A DNA stretch of 64,000 nucleotides, from positions 384,001 to 448,000 of the forward strand of contig CAVPZX010000002.1 of NCBI GenBank assembly GCA_963710375.1. The letters run 5' to 3'. The position numbers and the translations under genes were made by a program. Origin of the DNA: Nitrospirota bacterium (GTDB lineage: Bacteria; Nitrospirota; Thermodesulfovibrionia; Thermodesulfovibrionales; Dissulfurispiraceae). Below are positions 49,479 to 59,605 of the stretch, piece by piece (the stretch's first letter is position 1; each line of letters starts with the position of its first letter). The notes under the pieces were generated by a model, which was given only the letters and a program-made list of their open reading frames with translations, searched no databases and had not been told where the DNA came from.

Positions 49479-49612
49479 AAACAGGTTAAGATTGAGGTTA
49501 AGGTTAAGAAAAAACTAAAAACCATGAATCAAAAAATTCAGTTTTACATATTATCTGTTATGTATTATCTTAACCTCAACCTTAGCCTTAACCTGTCTTT
49601 AGGGAGTTTAGC

Positions 49613-51001
49613 GTGAATAAAGAAGTTATACTGATTGTAGATGACGAGGAAGGCATCAGAGAAAGCCTTTCCGGAATATTCGAGGACGAAGGGTATGAAG
49701 TAGTGACGGCTGCTTCCGGCGAGGAGGCGTTGGACATCATCAAAGAACATATGCCATATATTCTTCTTCTTGATGTCTGGCTGCCCGGAATGGACGGTCT
49801 TGAAACCCTGTCAAAAGTAAAAGAAATTGATAATGACATACCGGTCATTATCATTTCGGGGCACGGCAATATCGAACTCGCTGTCAAGGCGATCAGGCTG
49901 GGCGCCTATGACTTTCTCGAAAAACCCCTTTCCCTTGAAAAAGTGCTCATCGTCACAAAAAGGGCGCTCGAAAAAAAACAGCTCGAAACGGAAAACCGTG
50001 CCCTCAGGGCGGACTTAACAAAAAAATGCACTTTGATCGGGGATTCGCAAAAAATGACTGCGTTAAAACAACAGATAGACATGGCAGCCCAGAGCAACAG
50101 CAGGGTGCTTATATTGGGAGAAAGCGGTACCGGCAAAGAGCTTGTTGCCCGCCTGCTGCACGAGAATAGTGCCCGCGTCCGAGGGCCATTTGTAGAGGTA
50201 AACTGTGCTGCAATACCTCAGGAACTGATAGAAAGCGAATTGTTCGGCCACGAAAAAGGCTCGTTCACCGGTGCGACTGAGAGGAAAATTGGAAAGTTCG
50301 AGCTTGCTGACAAAGGCACATTGTTCCTCGATGAGGTTGGCGATATGACCCTTCAGACCCAGGCAAAGGTGCTCAGGGTGATTGAAACTCAGGTATTTCA
50401 GCGGGTAGGCGGCAGCAAGAACATAAAGGTTGATGTGAGGCTGATAGCCGCCACAAATAAAGACATTGCCGAGGAAGTCAGGAAGGGGAATTTCAGAGAG
50501 GACCTCTTCTTCAGGCTTAATGTGATTCCCCTGACATTGCCGACTTTGCGCGAACGTCTTGAGGACATACCGCAGCTTACTCATCACTTCATCGAATCGT
50601 TTGCTTTCGAAAACGGGATGAGACAGAAAAGTATAGCCCCTGATGCGCTTAAGCTCTTTCAAAACTATGATTGGCCCGGCAATATCAGAGAACTGAAAAA
50701 CATTGTCGAACGGCTTATAATAATGGTGCCTTCGCCAACCGTCACAGGGGAGGACATTGAAGCTCTGGGAATGTTCAGGCCATCCCGGACATCCGGGGAA
50801 GGGCTGTCCTTAAAAGAATATGACTATTTCAACCGTAAAACGCTGAAAGATGCACGGGACGCATTTGAAAAAGACTTTATTGTAAAAAAACTGGAAGAAA
50901 ACAACTGGAACATATCAAGGACCTCTGAAGCCATTGCCATAGAACGAAGCAATCTCCACAAAAAAATTAAAGCTTATGATATTAACGTTTCGCAGAACTG
51001 A
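49613..51001 (+). CDS. ntrX: NtrX-like sigma54 response regulator
   Basis: [43 protein letters not shown]. Confidence 0.9.
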   Translation: MNKEVILIVDDEEGIRESLSGIFEDEGYEVVTAASGEEALDIIKEHMPYILLLDVWLPGMDGLETLSKVKEIDNDIPVIIISGHGNIELAVKAIRLGAYDFLEKPLSLEKVLIVTKRALEKKQLETENRALRADLTKKCTLIGDSQKMTALKQQIDMAAQSNSRVLILGESGTGKELVARLLHENSARVRGPFVEVNCAAIPQELIESELFGHEKGSFTGATERKIGKFELADKGTLFLDEVGDMTLQTQAKVLRVIETQVFQRVGGSKNIKVDVRLIAATNKDIAEEVRKGNFREDLFFRLNVIPLTLPTLRERLEDIPQLTHHFIESFAFENGMRQKSIAPDALKLFQNYDWPGNIRELKNIVERLIIMVPSPTVTGEDIEALGMFRPSRTSGEGLSLKEYDYFNRKTLKDARDAFEKDFIVKKLEENNWNISRTSEAIAIERSNLHKKIKAYDINVSQN

Positions 51002-51010
51002 TCCATGAGG

Positions 51011-51191
51011 GCAATTCAGACAATACAGGGTAATTTTTCTTTGCGAGCGATTAGCCCTATGTGCCAGTTCTGCTGTCTATACGGAAAATCATCCATGTTC
51101 GAGTTGTATATGTGGGCTCGGCGTTACTCGCCCACTGCAGATAACCCAGACGCTCGACTGCAGAAAAACAACCCTGCACTGTCCGAATTGC
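51011..51191. repeat. ~181-bp MITE-like element B, same family core as element A
   Basis: Arms gcaattcagacaatacagggtaatttttct / agaaaaacaaccctgcactgtccgaattgc; core tatatgtgggctcggcgttactcgcccactgcagataaccca. Confidence 0.75.
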
Positions 51192-51198
51192 AATATCA

Positions 51199-52545
51199 AT
51201 GAGCGCATTGGTTGCGATTGTCGGAAGACCAAACGTAGGGAAGTCGGCCCTCTTCAACCGTCTCGTCAAGTTGGGGAGAATCCCCTCCCAGTCAACAGCA
51301 ATTACAGAAAGCACGCCCGGTGTCACGCGGGACAGGAATTATGGGCGGACTGAATGGGAAGGGAAACTAATTACCATTGTCGACACAGGAGGTTTTTACG
51401 CGGAAGGTATACCCAATGAAACCTCTGAAATAGCAAGTCAGGTAAAGGAGCAGGCCCTTGTAGCAGTAAATGAAGCGGATGTGATAATCCATCTCCTCGA
51501 CGGCAAGGAGGGGCTGAATCCGGCAGACCTGGAACTTGCAGGAATACTCAGAAAATCAGGGAAAAAAATCCTTTGGGCAGTCAACAAGATCGACAGCATG
51601 GTAAAAGAAGAAAGGGCACTGGAGTTTTACAGTATCGGTGCGGAAAAAATTTTCCCCGTTTCCGCCATAACCGGTCTGGGAATTGACGATCTGATGGACG
51701 CGGTCATGACATGCCTTCCTGCCGGCTACGATACGGAAACCGCTGGATTGAAAGAAAGCAGTATTCCCAGGATTGCTGTTGTAGGCAGGCCTAACGTCGG
51801 AAAATCCACCCTTATCAATTCGCTCCTGGGCAAAAGCAGACATATTGTCAGCCCTGTTCCCGGGACAACGAGAGACCCTGTTGATTCCGTGTGCACCCAT
51901 TATCGTAAAAAATATCTCTTTGTTGATACTGCAGGGATCAGAAAAAAACAAAAAGAATATTCCCTCGAAAGTTTTTCCATGATCAGGGCGGTAAAGAGCA
52001 TAGAACGGGCGGACGTTGCCGTTATCGTTCTCGATGCCTCAGAAGGTATAACTGACCAGGACCAAAGAATTGCGGGCATTGTTGACGAGTATGGCAAGGG
52101 GGCGCTGTTTCTGCTTAACAAATGGGACCTGGTAAAAGATCCCGAAAATGCCTTTAAAGAAATCACGAACCAGCTCAACAGGAAAATGTGGTTTATGCAC
52201 TATGCTCCTGTCGTGACTGTTTCCGGCCTCGAAAAGACAAGAATAACCAAGATATTCTCCTTTATTGATGAAATCATCGCAGAAAGGAGGAAAAGGATCC
52301 CGACAGGGGAACTGAACAGATTCCTGGAAAAGCTGGCCTCAGCAGGACCGCTGCCGAGATATAAGGGCAAAGAGATCAAACTTCAATATATAACGCAGGC
52401 AGAGATTGACCCCCCGGTCTTCGCCATTTTTGCAAATTACCCATCAGTGCTCAAAGCGCCTCAACTCAACTATATAGAAAAAAAACTGAGGGAGGAATAC
52501 ACCTTCAAAGGGACTCCGATAAAAATTCATGTTAAGCCACGGTAA
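51199..52545 (+). CDS. der: ribosome biogenesis GTPase Der (EngA)
   Basis: Two GRPNVGKS G-domains, DTGG/DTAG, NKID/NKWD, KH-like C-terminus. Confidence 0.97.
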   Translation: MSALVAIVGRPNVGKSALFNRLVKLGRIPSQSTAITESTPGVTRDRNYGRTEWEGKLITIVDTGGFYAEGIPNETSEIASQVKEQALVAVNEADVIIHLLDGKEGLNPADLELAGILRKSGKKILWAVNKIDSMVKEERALEFYSIGAEKIFPVSAITGLGIDDLMDAVMTCLPAGYDTETAGLKESSIPRIAVVGRPNVGKSTLINSLLGKSRHIVSPVPGTTRDPVDSVCTHYRKKYLFVDTAGIRKKQKEYSLESFSMIRAVKSIERADVAVIVLDASEGITDQDQRIAGIVDEYGKGALFLLNKWDLVKDPENAFKEITNQLNRKMWFMHYAPVVTVSGLEKTRITKIFSFIDEIIAERRKRIPTGELNRFLEKLASAGPLPRYKGKEIKLQYITQAEIDPPVFAIFANYPSVLKAPQLNYIEKKLREEYTFKGTPIKIHVKPR

Positions 52546-52677
52546 AATATAGTAAAATATGGTAGAATATAACGCAATTACGAATTACGAATTGGAAATT
52601 AAGAATTGTGGAAAGAGATACTCCTCATTCATTCCTAATTCATAAGTATTAATTCCTAATTAGCACGGAGGGGAATA

Positions 52678-53097
52678 ATGCAAAAAATACTTGTTGCCCA
52701 TGATGGCTCTAAATCGTCCGACAAGGCCCTAAAAAAAGCCATCGAATTATCAATAGGCTTTAATGGATCGCTTACTGTAGTTGCTGTTGTTCCCGAGCTT
52801 TACCTTACGGAACTGCCCGATGTTGATAGAAATCGTATTTTCGAGTCATTATCGAATGAGACGCGGGACGCCATGGAAAAAATAAGAAAATCCCTGTCGG
52901 GCAAGTCAGTCGATGTCAAAACACTCATCAGGCAGGGAGATCCTGCTGAAAAGATATTGGAAACCGCACAAAAAATGAAGGTTGATCTTATTGTAACAGG
53001 ATCCCACGGCAGGCACGGAGCAAAAAAGTTCCTACTGGGCAGCGTCTCATCCAAAGTTGTCGATTATTCCAAATGCTCGGTCCTTGTAGTAAAATAA
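52678..53097 (+). CDS. universal stress protein
   Basis: ILVAHDGS, GDPAE.I, DLIVTGSHG, LLGSVS. Confidence 0.92.
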   Translation: MQKILVAHDGSKSSDKALKKAIELSIGFNGSLTVVAVVPELYLTELPDVDRNRIFESLSNETRDAMEKIRKSLSGKSVDVKTLIRQGDPAEKILETAQKMKVDLIVTGSHGRHGAKKFLLGSVSSKVVDYSKCSVLVVK

Positions 53098-53277
53098 GCA
53101 GTAGGCACTAAGCAGTAAGCACTAAGCAGTAAGCACTAAGCAGTAAGCAGTAGGCAGCAAAATATAAAAAAGAGACACTTCTAATTCTTTAAAATAATTT
53201 CTTTCTTTTTTTACCGGTCGTTTGTTCTTCACTGTTTTCTGCTTACTGTCTACTCCTTACTGCTTACTTTTTACTGT
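53096..53277. repeat. palindromic heptamer cassette (AGCAGTA/AGCACTA and complement)
   Basis: aagcagtaggcactaagcagtaagcactaag... and ...tgcttactgtctactccttactgcttac between convergent genes. Confidence 0.8.
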
Positions 53278-54204
53278 TTACCGCCTTTTGATAAACAGTC
53301 TTAGCGCTTCTTCGTAGCGGACCGGGACAAACCCGAAATGCCTTTCCACTGCATCCGTCTCACAAATATTATCGGTTTCCAGCAGCCGCAGCTGGTCGAG
53401 GGTGACAGATGGGATCTTTTTTCCCAACATGCCGGCAATCCCCTGAAAAATCCTCGATAAAGGCAGTCCCAGTTTGACCATCTCCATAGGGACATGAACA
53501 ATGTGCTTACGGGCGCCTGTTGCCTCCATAAGCAGGGAGAGAAGTTCATTATAGGTAAGATGTTCCGGACCTCCCAGTTCATATACAGGTGAAGCTGCCC
53601 TGTCAACAGGTGACGTGGACGAAAAAAGTTTGATAAAACATTTAACCAAGTCACCGACATAAATAGGCTGAAATTTTGCCTTTCCGTCTCCTGGGACAGG
53701 TACGACAGGACTGGATGCAATGAGGTCTTTAAGCTTTGAGGTAAACCCGTCCCCATCTCCCACAACAAGAGACGGCCTGAAAATAGCATATTGAATGCCG
53801 CTCGTCCTTACGATCTCTTCAGCCTCCGCTTTTGTCTTAAGATACCTTGACCAGGAAGAGGGCGATGCGCCTAGTGCGCTTTGATAAAAAAAATGCTTTA
53901 CCTTTGCTTTCTTTGCTTCGTTGACCAGATTCTCTGTGCCATTGACATGCACCAGGTCAAAACTAAGGCCTTCCTTTTCTTCTATTATGCCGACCAGATG
54001 GACGACCGTATCGCAGTTATCGAGTTTGCCTTTAAGACTTTCACGGTCGGTAATGTCCCCGATGACAACGTCAAAATCCGCTTTTTTGCATATCTCACTC
54101 TTAGCGGCAGATCGTGCCAGACACTTTGCCCGCAGCCCTGCCTCCCCGAGCGCTCTTACGAGATGACTGCCGATAAATCCGGTGCTACCGGCGATGAAAA
54201 ACAT
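53278..54204 (-). CDS. NDUFA9-like NAD(P)-binding SDR/epimerase
   Basis: GSTGFIG, HLVGII, SALGA, YLKTK, FQPIYV. Confidence 0.9.
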   Translation of the reverse strand: MFFIAGSTGFIGSHLVRALGEAGLRAKCLARSAAKSEICKKADFDVVIGDITDRESLKGKLDNCDTVVHLVGIIEEKEGLSFDLVHVNGTENLVNEAKKAKVKHFFYQSALGASPSSWSRYLKTKAEAEEIVRTSGIQYAIFRPSLVVGDGDGFTSKLKDLIASSPVVPVPGDGKAKFQPIYVGDLVKCFIKLFSSTSPVDRAASPVYELGGPEHLTYNELLSLLMEATGARKHIVHVPMEMVKLGLPLSRIFQGIAGMLGKKIPSVTLDQLRLLETDNICETDAVERHFGFVPVRYEEALRLFIKRR

Positions 54205-54327
54205 AAAACCCTCTCAAAACAGGTTAAGGCTGAGGTTGAGGTTGAGATAAAAAATAGAGGAAGTACAAAGTGACTTTTTAATTACCATATTCGTTGCTAG
54301 CTTTTTCTTAACCTTGACCTGAATTTT

Positions 54328-55188
54328 TTACCATATCAGCCTTCCCCTTCTGTGTGCCCAGCAGGCAAAGGAAACATCGACAAAATACGAATCAGGGTGA
54401 CGGTGCGCAGCCGAGATCTTTACGCCGAGCGCAGCGGTCTGCCCCACAACCCACGGAGGCCCGCTTTCGGGACCGTTTACTTCATTTAGTATCTTCACTT
54501 CAAGGCCGGCAATTGCCGAATCAGGGTTGACATCATGAAGCCTTCGCATCAACTGCTTTTTTGACATAAACGTCACCTGGTCCCTTGCACCGCCTATCGC
54601 CACCCCTATTGTGTAGGGAGGGCAACCTTCGCCCCGGGCCTTCGATACTGCATCGAGAACGCACTTCACAACACCGTCAAAATCCCTCCCGGCAGCGACT
54701 TCATTTCCATCAATGTTCAGCAATGCAGGGAGTTTATATATTTGCCCCAGGTTCTCGCTCTGCCCGCTTTTTAACATAAGATCAACCGTGAGCGTCTGCT
54801 CATCAGTCTCGTCTATGTACACCAGGGGGAATGCATCCCCGACATTGTCACCGGAATTAATATCCATAATGCTGCTAACGGCATTGGGAGTGAGAGGCAC
54901 TCTTTTCGTAGCCAACCGCGTTGCATCAGCAATAACCTCTCTTATGGCCCTGTGGCTCAGGCCCATCGGGACCTTGACGAAAAAAACCGGGAAACCCGTG
55001 TCCTGGCATATTGGACAGCTGCCTGTTCTTGCAAGGGATATTTTTTTCAGGACACTTTCAAGGGATTCCCCGGCAAGAACCCCGGTCTCCTTCGAACAGG
55101 CAGTTTTCAATGCCTCCTCTATGTCCTTTGGAACAGAGATTGCAACCTTCCTGTAAAGTTCGACTATACCGTCTCGCAGTTTCAGCAA
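54328..55188 (-). CDS. Fe-S hydro-lyase (fumarate hydratase/tartrate dehydratase) alpha subunit
   Basis: PICQDTG, SEN, GCPPY, C-terminal CWAHRR. Confidence 0.85.
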   Translation of the reverse strand: MLKLRDGIVELYRKVAISVPKDIEEALKTACSKETGVLAGESLESVLKKISLARTGSCPICQDTGFPVFFVKVPMGLSHRAIREVIADATRLATKRVPLTPNAVSSIMDINSGDNVGDAFPLVYIDETDEQTLTVDLMLKSGQSENLGQIYKLPALLNIDGNEVAAGRDFDGVVKCVLDAVSKARGEGCPPYTIGVAIGGARDQVTFMSKKQLMRRLHDVNPDSAIAGLEVKILNEVNGPESGPPWVVGQTAALGVKISAAHRHPDSYFVDVSFACWAHRRGRLIW

Positions 55189-55217
55189 ATTATTCTCCGG
55201 CAGTTCATGTCATAACC

Positions 55218-56000
55218 TCAGGATAAATCGGCGGGAGAAAAAATTACTTCATCCCTGAACGCCCGCACCATATAGACTGTTTTCATAGTCTCCGTCTGCG
55301 TAACATCTAGCAGCGCTGCATCCAGCCCTGCACCTGCAAGGTAGCTAAGAAGGGCCGAGTTCACATGGGGCTTGAGTGCCGTCTTCAGTCCGCTCGACAC
55401 GTTTGAAAGCCATACAATCGTGTTTATCGGCGGGTCAACCAGTTCGTTCAACGCTATAATGCATTCGTGTGCATTAAGAAGGTTCTCCTGCCCCATGCCC
55501 TCCGCTATATGGATCAGCGAGGGGTCGGCGAACAGGCGCTCGTTAGGGATATCAGCGGCATTTGCCTTCTCTATCAACGCCTCGAGTATAAGTAGCTTCG
55601 CCTCATAGGTCGCAGGTACAGCACCTTTCAATGCCCTGAGAATGAGGTTCGCTTTTGAATCCTTTACCAGGGACAGAATTTCATCGCTGTTTTCATCATC
55701 GCCTGAAAGATAATTTATTATAGGAGGCTCCATGCAGCATGCTACGGCCATTTTCAACGCCGCAGCATTCCGCGAATCGAGGCAGAGTGGCAGGCCGGAT
55801 GCCTTCTGAACTGCTTCCGCCACTACTGGAAGGGTTTTCTCGTCTCCAACGCCGTCGGAGGAGCACATTATATTAATAAGATCAGCACCCCTGCCGGCAA
55901 GGTCCTTTGCCATAGATTCAATCGCATTCTTGTCAAGACTCCTGACCGCCTGCATATACGCCTTGTTCCTTGTGTTCAAATTATCCGCAATAACCAGCAT
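55218..56000 (-). CDS. pterin-binding protein (AcsE/methyltetrahydrofolate methyltransferase-like)
   Basis: GADLI, PLCLDS, IINY, FADP, LSNVS.G, AGLDAA. Confidence 0.8.
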   Translation of the reverse strand: MLVIADNLNTRNKAYMQAVRSLDKNAIESMAKDLAGRGADLINIMCSSDGVGDEKTLPVVAEAVQKASGLPLCLDSRNAAALKMAVACCMEPPIINYLSGDDENSDEILSLVKDSKANLILRALKGAVPATYEAKLLILEALIEKANAADIPNERLFADPSLIHIAEGMGQENLLNAHECIIALNELVDPPINTIVWLSNVSSGLKTALKPHVNSALLSYLAGAGLDAALLDVTQTETMKTVYMVRAFRDEVIFSPADLS

Positions 56001-56194
56001 GGCACCCCTCCTTGAATTCAGGTAATAGGTAATGGGTTATAGGTAATAGAATATTATTACCCATGACCTATAGCCCATAGCCTATAACCGCTCTTTTACC
56101 AAAGTATATCAGAATAACGAAGATTTGGGAAATGCAGTTACCATTATAAGCATTAAAGATTTACCGAATTTTTATCATCGGGTATAATGTAACT

Positions 56195-56725
56195 ATGATA
56201 AGTCTTAAAGAATTCTTAAAGGTCTTCAGGGATACAGGCTTTGAACGTTCCTTATTAGAGAACTTTTACCGGTCAGTACGAAAATCGACAATCCTTTTGC
56301 ACGTCGGCAAACGCTCGTTATCTGAAATATTTCAGCAGGAAGAAATCCATCAATGGCCAGTATTGCATCGAATCGACAACCCCGACCTGCCACTCTACCG
56401 CGGCGCCGACAAAGTCCTGTTGGATGCGTTCATAAAAACTATTCAAAATGAAAAAACATTGAGAGAGCAAAAAAAACATATGGAAAGAGTCAAATATTGG
56501 AACTCGCTTCTTGAAATCATAGAGAAACGCGCAGAACTGTTCAGGAGTATCTTCAATTTTTGTAAAAAAGACGACCTGCACTGCGAAGCAGTAGCTGAGC
56601 GGTATAAGCGGATTCGAGACCGAAGAGCAAGAAAAAGGCGTACCGCATGGGGGCTGGGCATAGGTGCAGGAACTGCTGCAGGGGCAGCCGCTTTGTGGTA
56701 CATTAAGAAAAAAGAGAGGCAATAG
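56195..56725 (+). CDS. hypothetical protein with C-terminal Gly/Ala-rich TM
   Basis: 176-aa ORF; -10 box TATAAT 6 nt upstream of the ATG. Confidence 0.65.
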   Translation: MISLKEFLKVFRDTGFERSLLENFYRSVRKSTILLHVGKRSLSEIFQQEEIHQWPVLHRIDNPDLPLYRGADKVLLDAFIKTIQNEKTLREQKKHMERVKYWNSLLEIIEKRAELFRSIFNFCKKDDLHCEAVAERYKRIRDRRARKRRTAWGLGIGAGTAAGAAALWYIKKKERQ

Positions 56726-56745
56726 GCTGTTGCCTATTGCCTGTA

Positions 56746-59565
56746 TTATTTTATTTGCCCAAGTGTACGTCCTAACTCTTCAAGGGCCTTGCCTGCTTCT
56801 GCATACTTGCCCTGTCCCATCAGACTGCGGTATTGATCATAATACTTCACTGCAGATTTAATTAATTCTTTGCCGGGGACTTCAGCTTTAACTGTTGTCT
56901 CTTTGGCAGCCTGAGGCGTGTATCCGTTGACAAAAAACTTATTCAGGGCATCCTCGAAGCTGGAGCCATATGAGAGCTGGTCGCCGAATACAACTACCAC
57001 TCTTCTCAATTCAGGCATTTTACCTACCGATGCCTGAAGATAAATGGGCTGGACATACATCAATCTGTAATTTGATAAAGGGATGGCCAACAGATTTCCG
57101 AATACTACTGATGACCCCTGTTGGTTCCATAAGGTCAAATCCTTGCTTATAACCTCATCCTGGTTTATCCTGATGCCTATCTGGAGAGGACCGTACACAA
57201 GTTTGTCTTTCGGTAATTTGTAAAGCATGAGCTTGCCATATTTATCGCCGTCACATCTTGCTATGAGGAGGGCGACCATATTGTTTCGCGGATTGGCTTT
57301 ATCGGCGGAATAAGGAGAGAACGGCAGGGCAAGCACGAACTCTTCCGTTTCGCTGTCGGGCGGGCGCGATATCAGGTAGTAAGGCGCAACATGTGGTGCT
57401 TCCTCCGCCTTTGCCGCAGCGCGTGACACCTCCCAAGCATCTTCACGGTTATAAAAAACATGTGTATTCCGCATGTGATAGGTCGTGTATATTGAACTTT
57501 GGATGTTCAGCAGGTCCTCAGGGTATCTAATGTGCTTTCTGAGCGATGCCGGCATTTCTGCGATATCCATGAACATTCCAGGAAATGCCTTTGCATAAGC
57601 CCTCACAATCGGGTCTGTCTTGTCGGCGATATAAAAAGATACCGTCCCGTTGTATGCATCAACAACCACTTTAATGGAATTACGGATGTAGTTAGTCCTT
57701 TCGTTCGATACCGGCTGAGAATACGGATATGTATTTGCCGTTGTGTAAGCATCCCAGATGAAATATATCCTGCCGTCAGCTACAACATAGTAAATATCCG
57801 AATCATAGCTTAGAAACGGAGCAATCTCCTGGACCCTTGAGCGTATGTCCCTCCGGTACATCACACGGCTTTCAGGGGTGAATTCCTGAGTAGTGAACAT
57901 CCTGATGCCTTCGAATCTCAGGGCAAAGGCAAGCTTCTTGAGAAATGTATCAAGCTTAATCCCGCCTGTGCCGGCATAATTATACTCAACGTTTGTGTCT
58001 CCTTTCGGATAGTCGAATTCCTTGGCCTTTGTTTTTACATATATCGGGTTAAAAGTTTCCTCACCGAAATAAATCCTTGGCTGGTCGAGATTAAGTTCAG
58101 GATACGATGTTGTCGGCGGTATATCTTTCAACAGGTATTCGGGAAGTCCTTCCGGCCCAAATTTGTTGACAGCCGCAACAACAGCGCCATAGCCGTGGGT
58201 GTAGACAAGTCTCAGGTTCTGCCATGTCTTGGACTGAGGGGCAAGCCGGTCGACATTGAGTTCACGGAGGGACAGCATAAGCTGAGTTAGTTTTCCATTC
58301 AGGACATACCTGTCCACCGCAACGTCCGAAAAATAATAATAGAGACGTAATGCCTGGTTCTGATTGTTCGCGGCCTCCAGAATCTTGGGGTCCCAGAGCC
58401 TGATACTGTCCACAATGGCTTTGTCATTTTTTGATATAGGCTCAACAGAGGTGTTAACGGGGTAGTTTACCTCTGCAATTTCATTCAGTCCATAAGCGTC
58501 TCTTGTAAACGCAATATTCCTCTCCAGATAAGGGGTTTCAAGAGGGAGTTCGTTCGGGGACACTCTGAAATGCTGCATGACCTCCGGAATAATTCCTACG
58601 CCGAAGATTTTCACAACAAGGAACAAAGCTACTCCGATAACAAAAGTAGATATTGTTCTCTGCGTTGACTTCGCGAATGCCGAAATCAAAAAAGCAATAG
58701 CACAAATGCCAAGAACTGCAATCATCACATTGTACGCAGGCAGTTGCACATTCAGGTCGGTCCAGCCGGCCCCATAGACAACCCCGCGATGCGAATAGAG
58801 CAACTCCCACCTGCTTACCAGGGTATTAACCATTATGATAAGAGCGCCCACTACAGACAGTAAGGAGAGGTGAGTTATCAGCCTGTGAATAAAAGGGTCC
58901 ATCAGAGACCTCAGGGATATCCTTCTCAAGTTTCCATACTGCTCAAACAACGTAGAAACATCCCTGAACAACAATCCTTCAAGAAAATATAAACCGATAG
59001 TCAGGATTACGGTGTATAAAAAGATAGTTTCCGCAAAGCCGGCCAAGACCTTAATGAACGGCAGCGTAAAAATATAAAACCCTATGTCCGTGTTGAAGAC
59101 CGGCTCTATCTTTCCAAACGGCACTGCATTTTGGTAAAGCAGCAGTTCGTTCCAGTAAACTGACACCCCTAATCCGAACACAATAAAAGCAAAAAACTGT
59201 ACAAGTATGCCGGCCTTTATCAGAAGGACCCGATTGTGATGCAGGACAAACTCAGGTTTTGCCTTCTTGAAATAGTAATTCCATGTCAGGACCGTAATAA
59301 TCCCCATTATGGCGGCAAACAAACCGCCTATGGAAAACAGCGTTGCTTTTAGAAAGACCAACTTCCAGAAACGCTGCGTGTAGCCGACCTCCTGGAACCA
59401 CAGAAAGTCCGTATAGATGTCCTGGCCCAAGTATATCCCCTTAAAGACAAAAATCCCTGCAAGAGCAATCAAGACAGACTTAACATACTGTCTCCTGCCT
59501 GCGCTCCGAAATGCCGGCAGAAAGAACAGCAGGCATACGGCAATCAATATTATAAGATCCAGCAC
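56746..59565 (-). CDS. UPF0182 family membrane protein
   Basis: LWFQEVGY, DIGFYIFTLP, IRLWD, YTHGYG, PRIYFGE, NYIRNS. Confidence 0.95.
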   Translation of the reverse strand: MLDLIILIAVCLLFFLPAFRSAGRRQYVKSVLIALAGIFVFKGIYLGQDIYTDFLWFQEVGYTQRFWKLVFLKATLFSIGGLFAAIMGIITVLTWNYYFKKAKPEFVLHHNRVLLIKAGILVQFFAFIVFGLGVSVYWNELLLYQNAVPFGKIEPVFNTDIGFYIFTLPFIKVLAGFAETIFLYTVILTIGLYFLEGLLFRDVSTLFEQYGNLRRISLRSLMDPFIHRLITHLSLLSVVGALIIMVNTLVSRWELLYSHRGVVYGAGWTDLNVQLPAYNVMIAVLGICAIAFLISAFAKSTQRTISTFVIGVALFLVVKIFGVGIIPEVMQHFRVSPNELPLETPYLERNIAFTRDAYGLNEIAEVNYPVNTSVEPISKNDKAIVDSIRLWDPKILEAANNQNQALRLYYYFSDVAVDRYVLNGKLTQLMLSLRELNVDRLAPQSKTWQNLRLVYTHGYGAVVAAVNKFGPEGLPEYLLKDIPPTTSYPELNLDQPRIYFGEETFNPIYVKTKAKEFDYPKGDTNVEYNYAGTGGIKLDTFLKKLAFALRFEGIRMFTTQEFTPESRVMYRRDIRSRVQEIAPFLSYDSDIYYVVADGRIYFIWDAYTTANTYPYSQPVSNERTNYIRNSIKVVVDAYNGTVSFYIADKTDPIVRAYAKAFPGMFMDIAEMPASLRKHIRYPEDLLNIQSSIYTTYHMRNTHVFYNREDAWEVSRAAAKAEEAPHVAPYYLISRPPDSETEEFVLALPFSPYSADKANPRNNMVALLIARCDGDKYGKLMLYKLPKDKLVYGPLQIGIRINQDEVISKDLTLWNQQGSSVVFGNLLAIPLSNYRLMYVQPIYLQASVGKMPELRRVVVVFGDQLSYGSSFEDALNKFFVNGYTPQAAKETTVKAEVPGKELIKSAVKYYDQYRSLMGQGKYAEAGKALEELGRTLGQIK

Positions 59566-59605
59566 AACTTCCTCCTGTTAGTCAGGTGTTTAGAGTCTTC
59601 GCGAA

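Noticed and set aside
53096..53160. Regular repeats that could suggest a CRISPR array
   Set aside because: The units are 7-bp tandem repeats with no unique spacers, and no cas genes are present.
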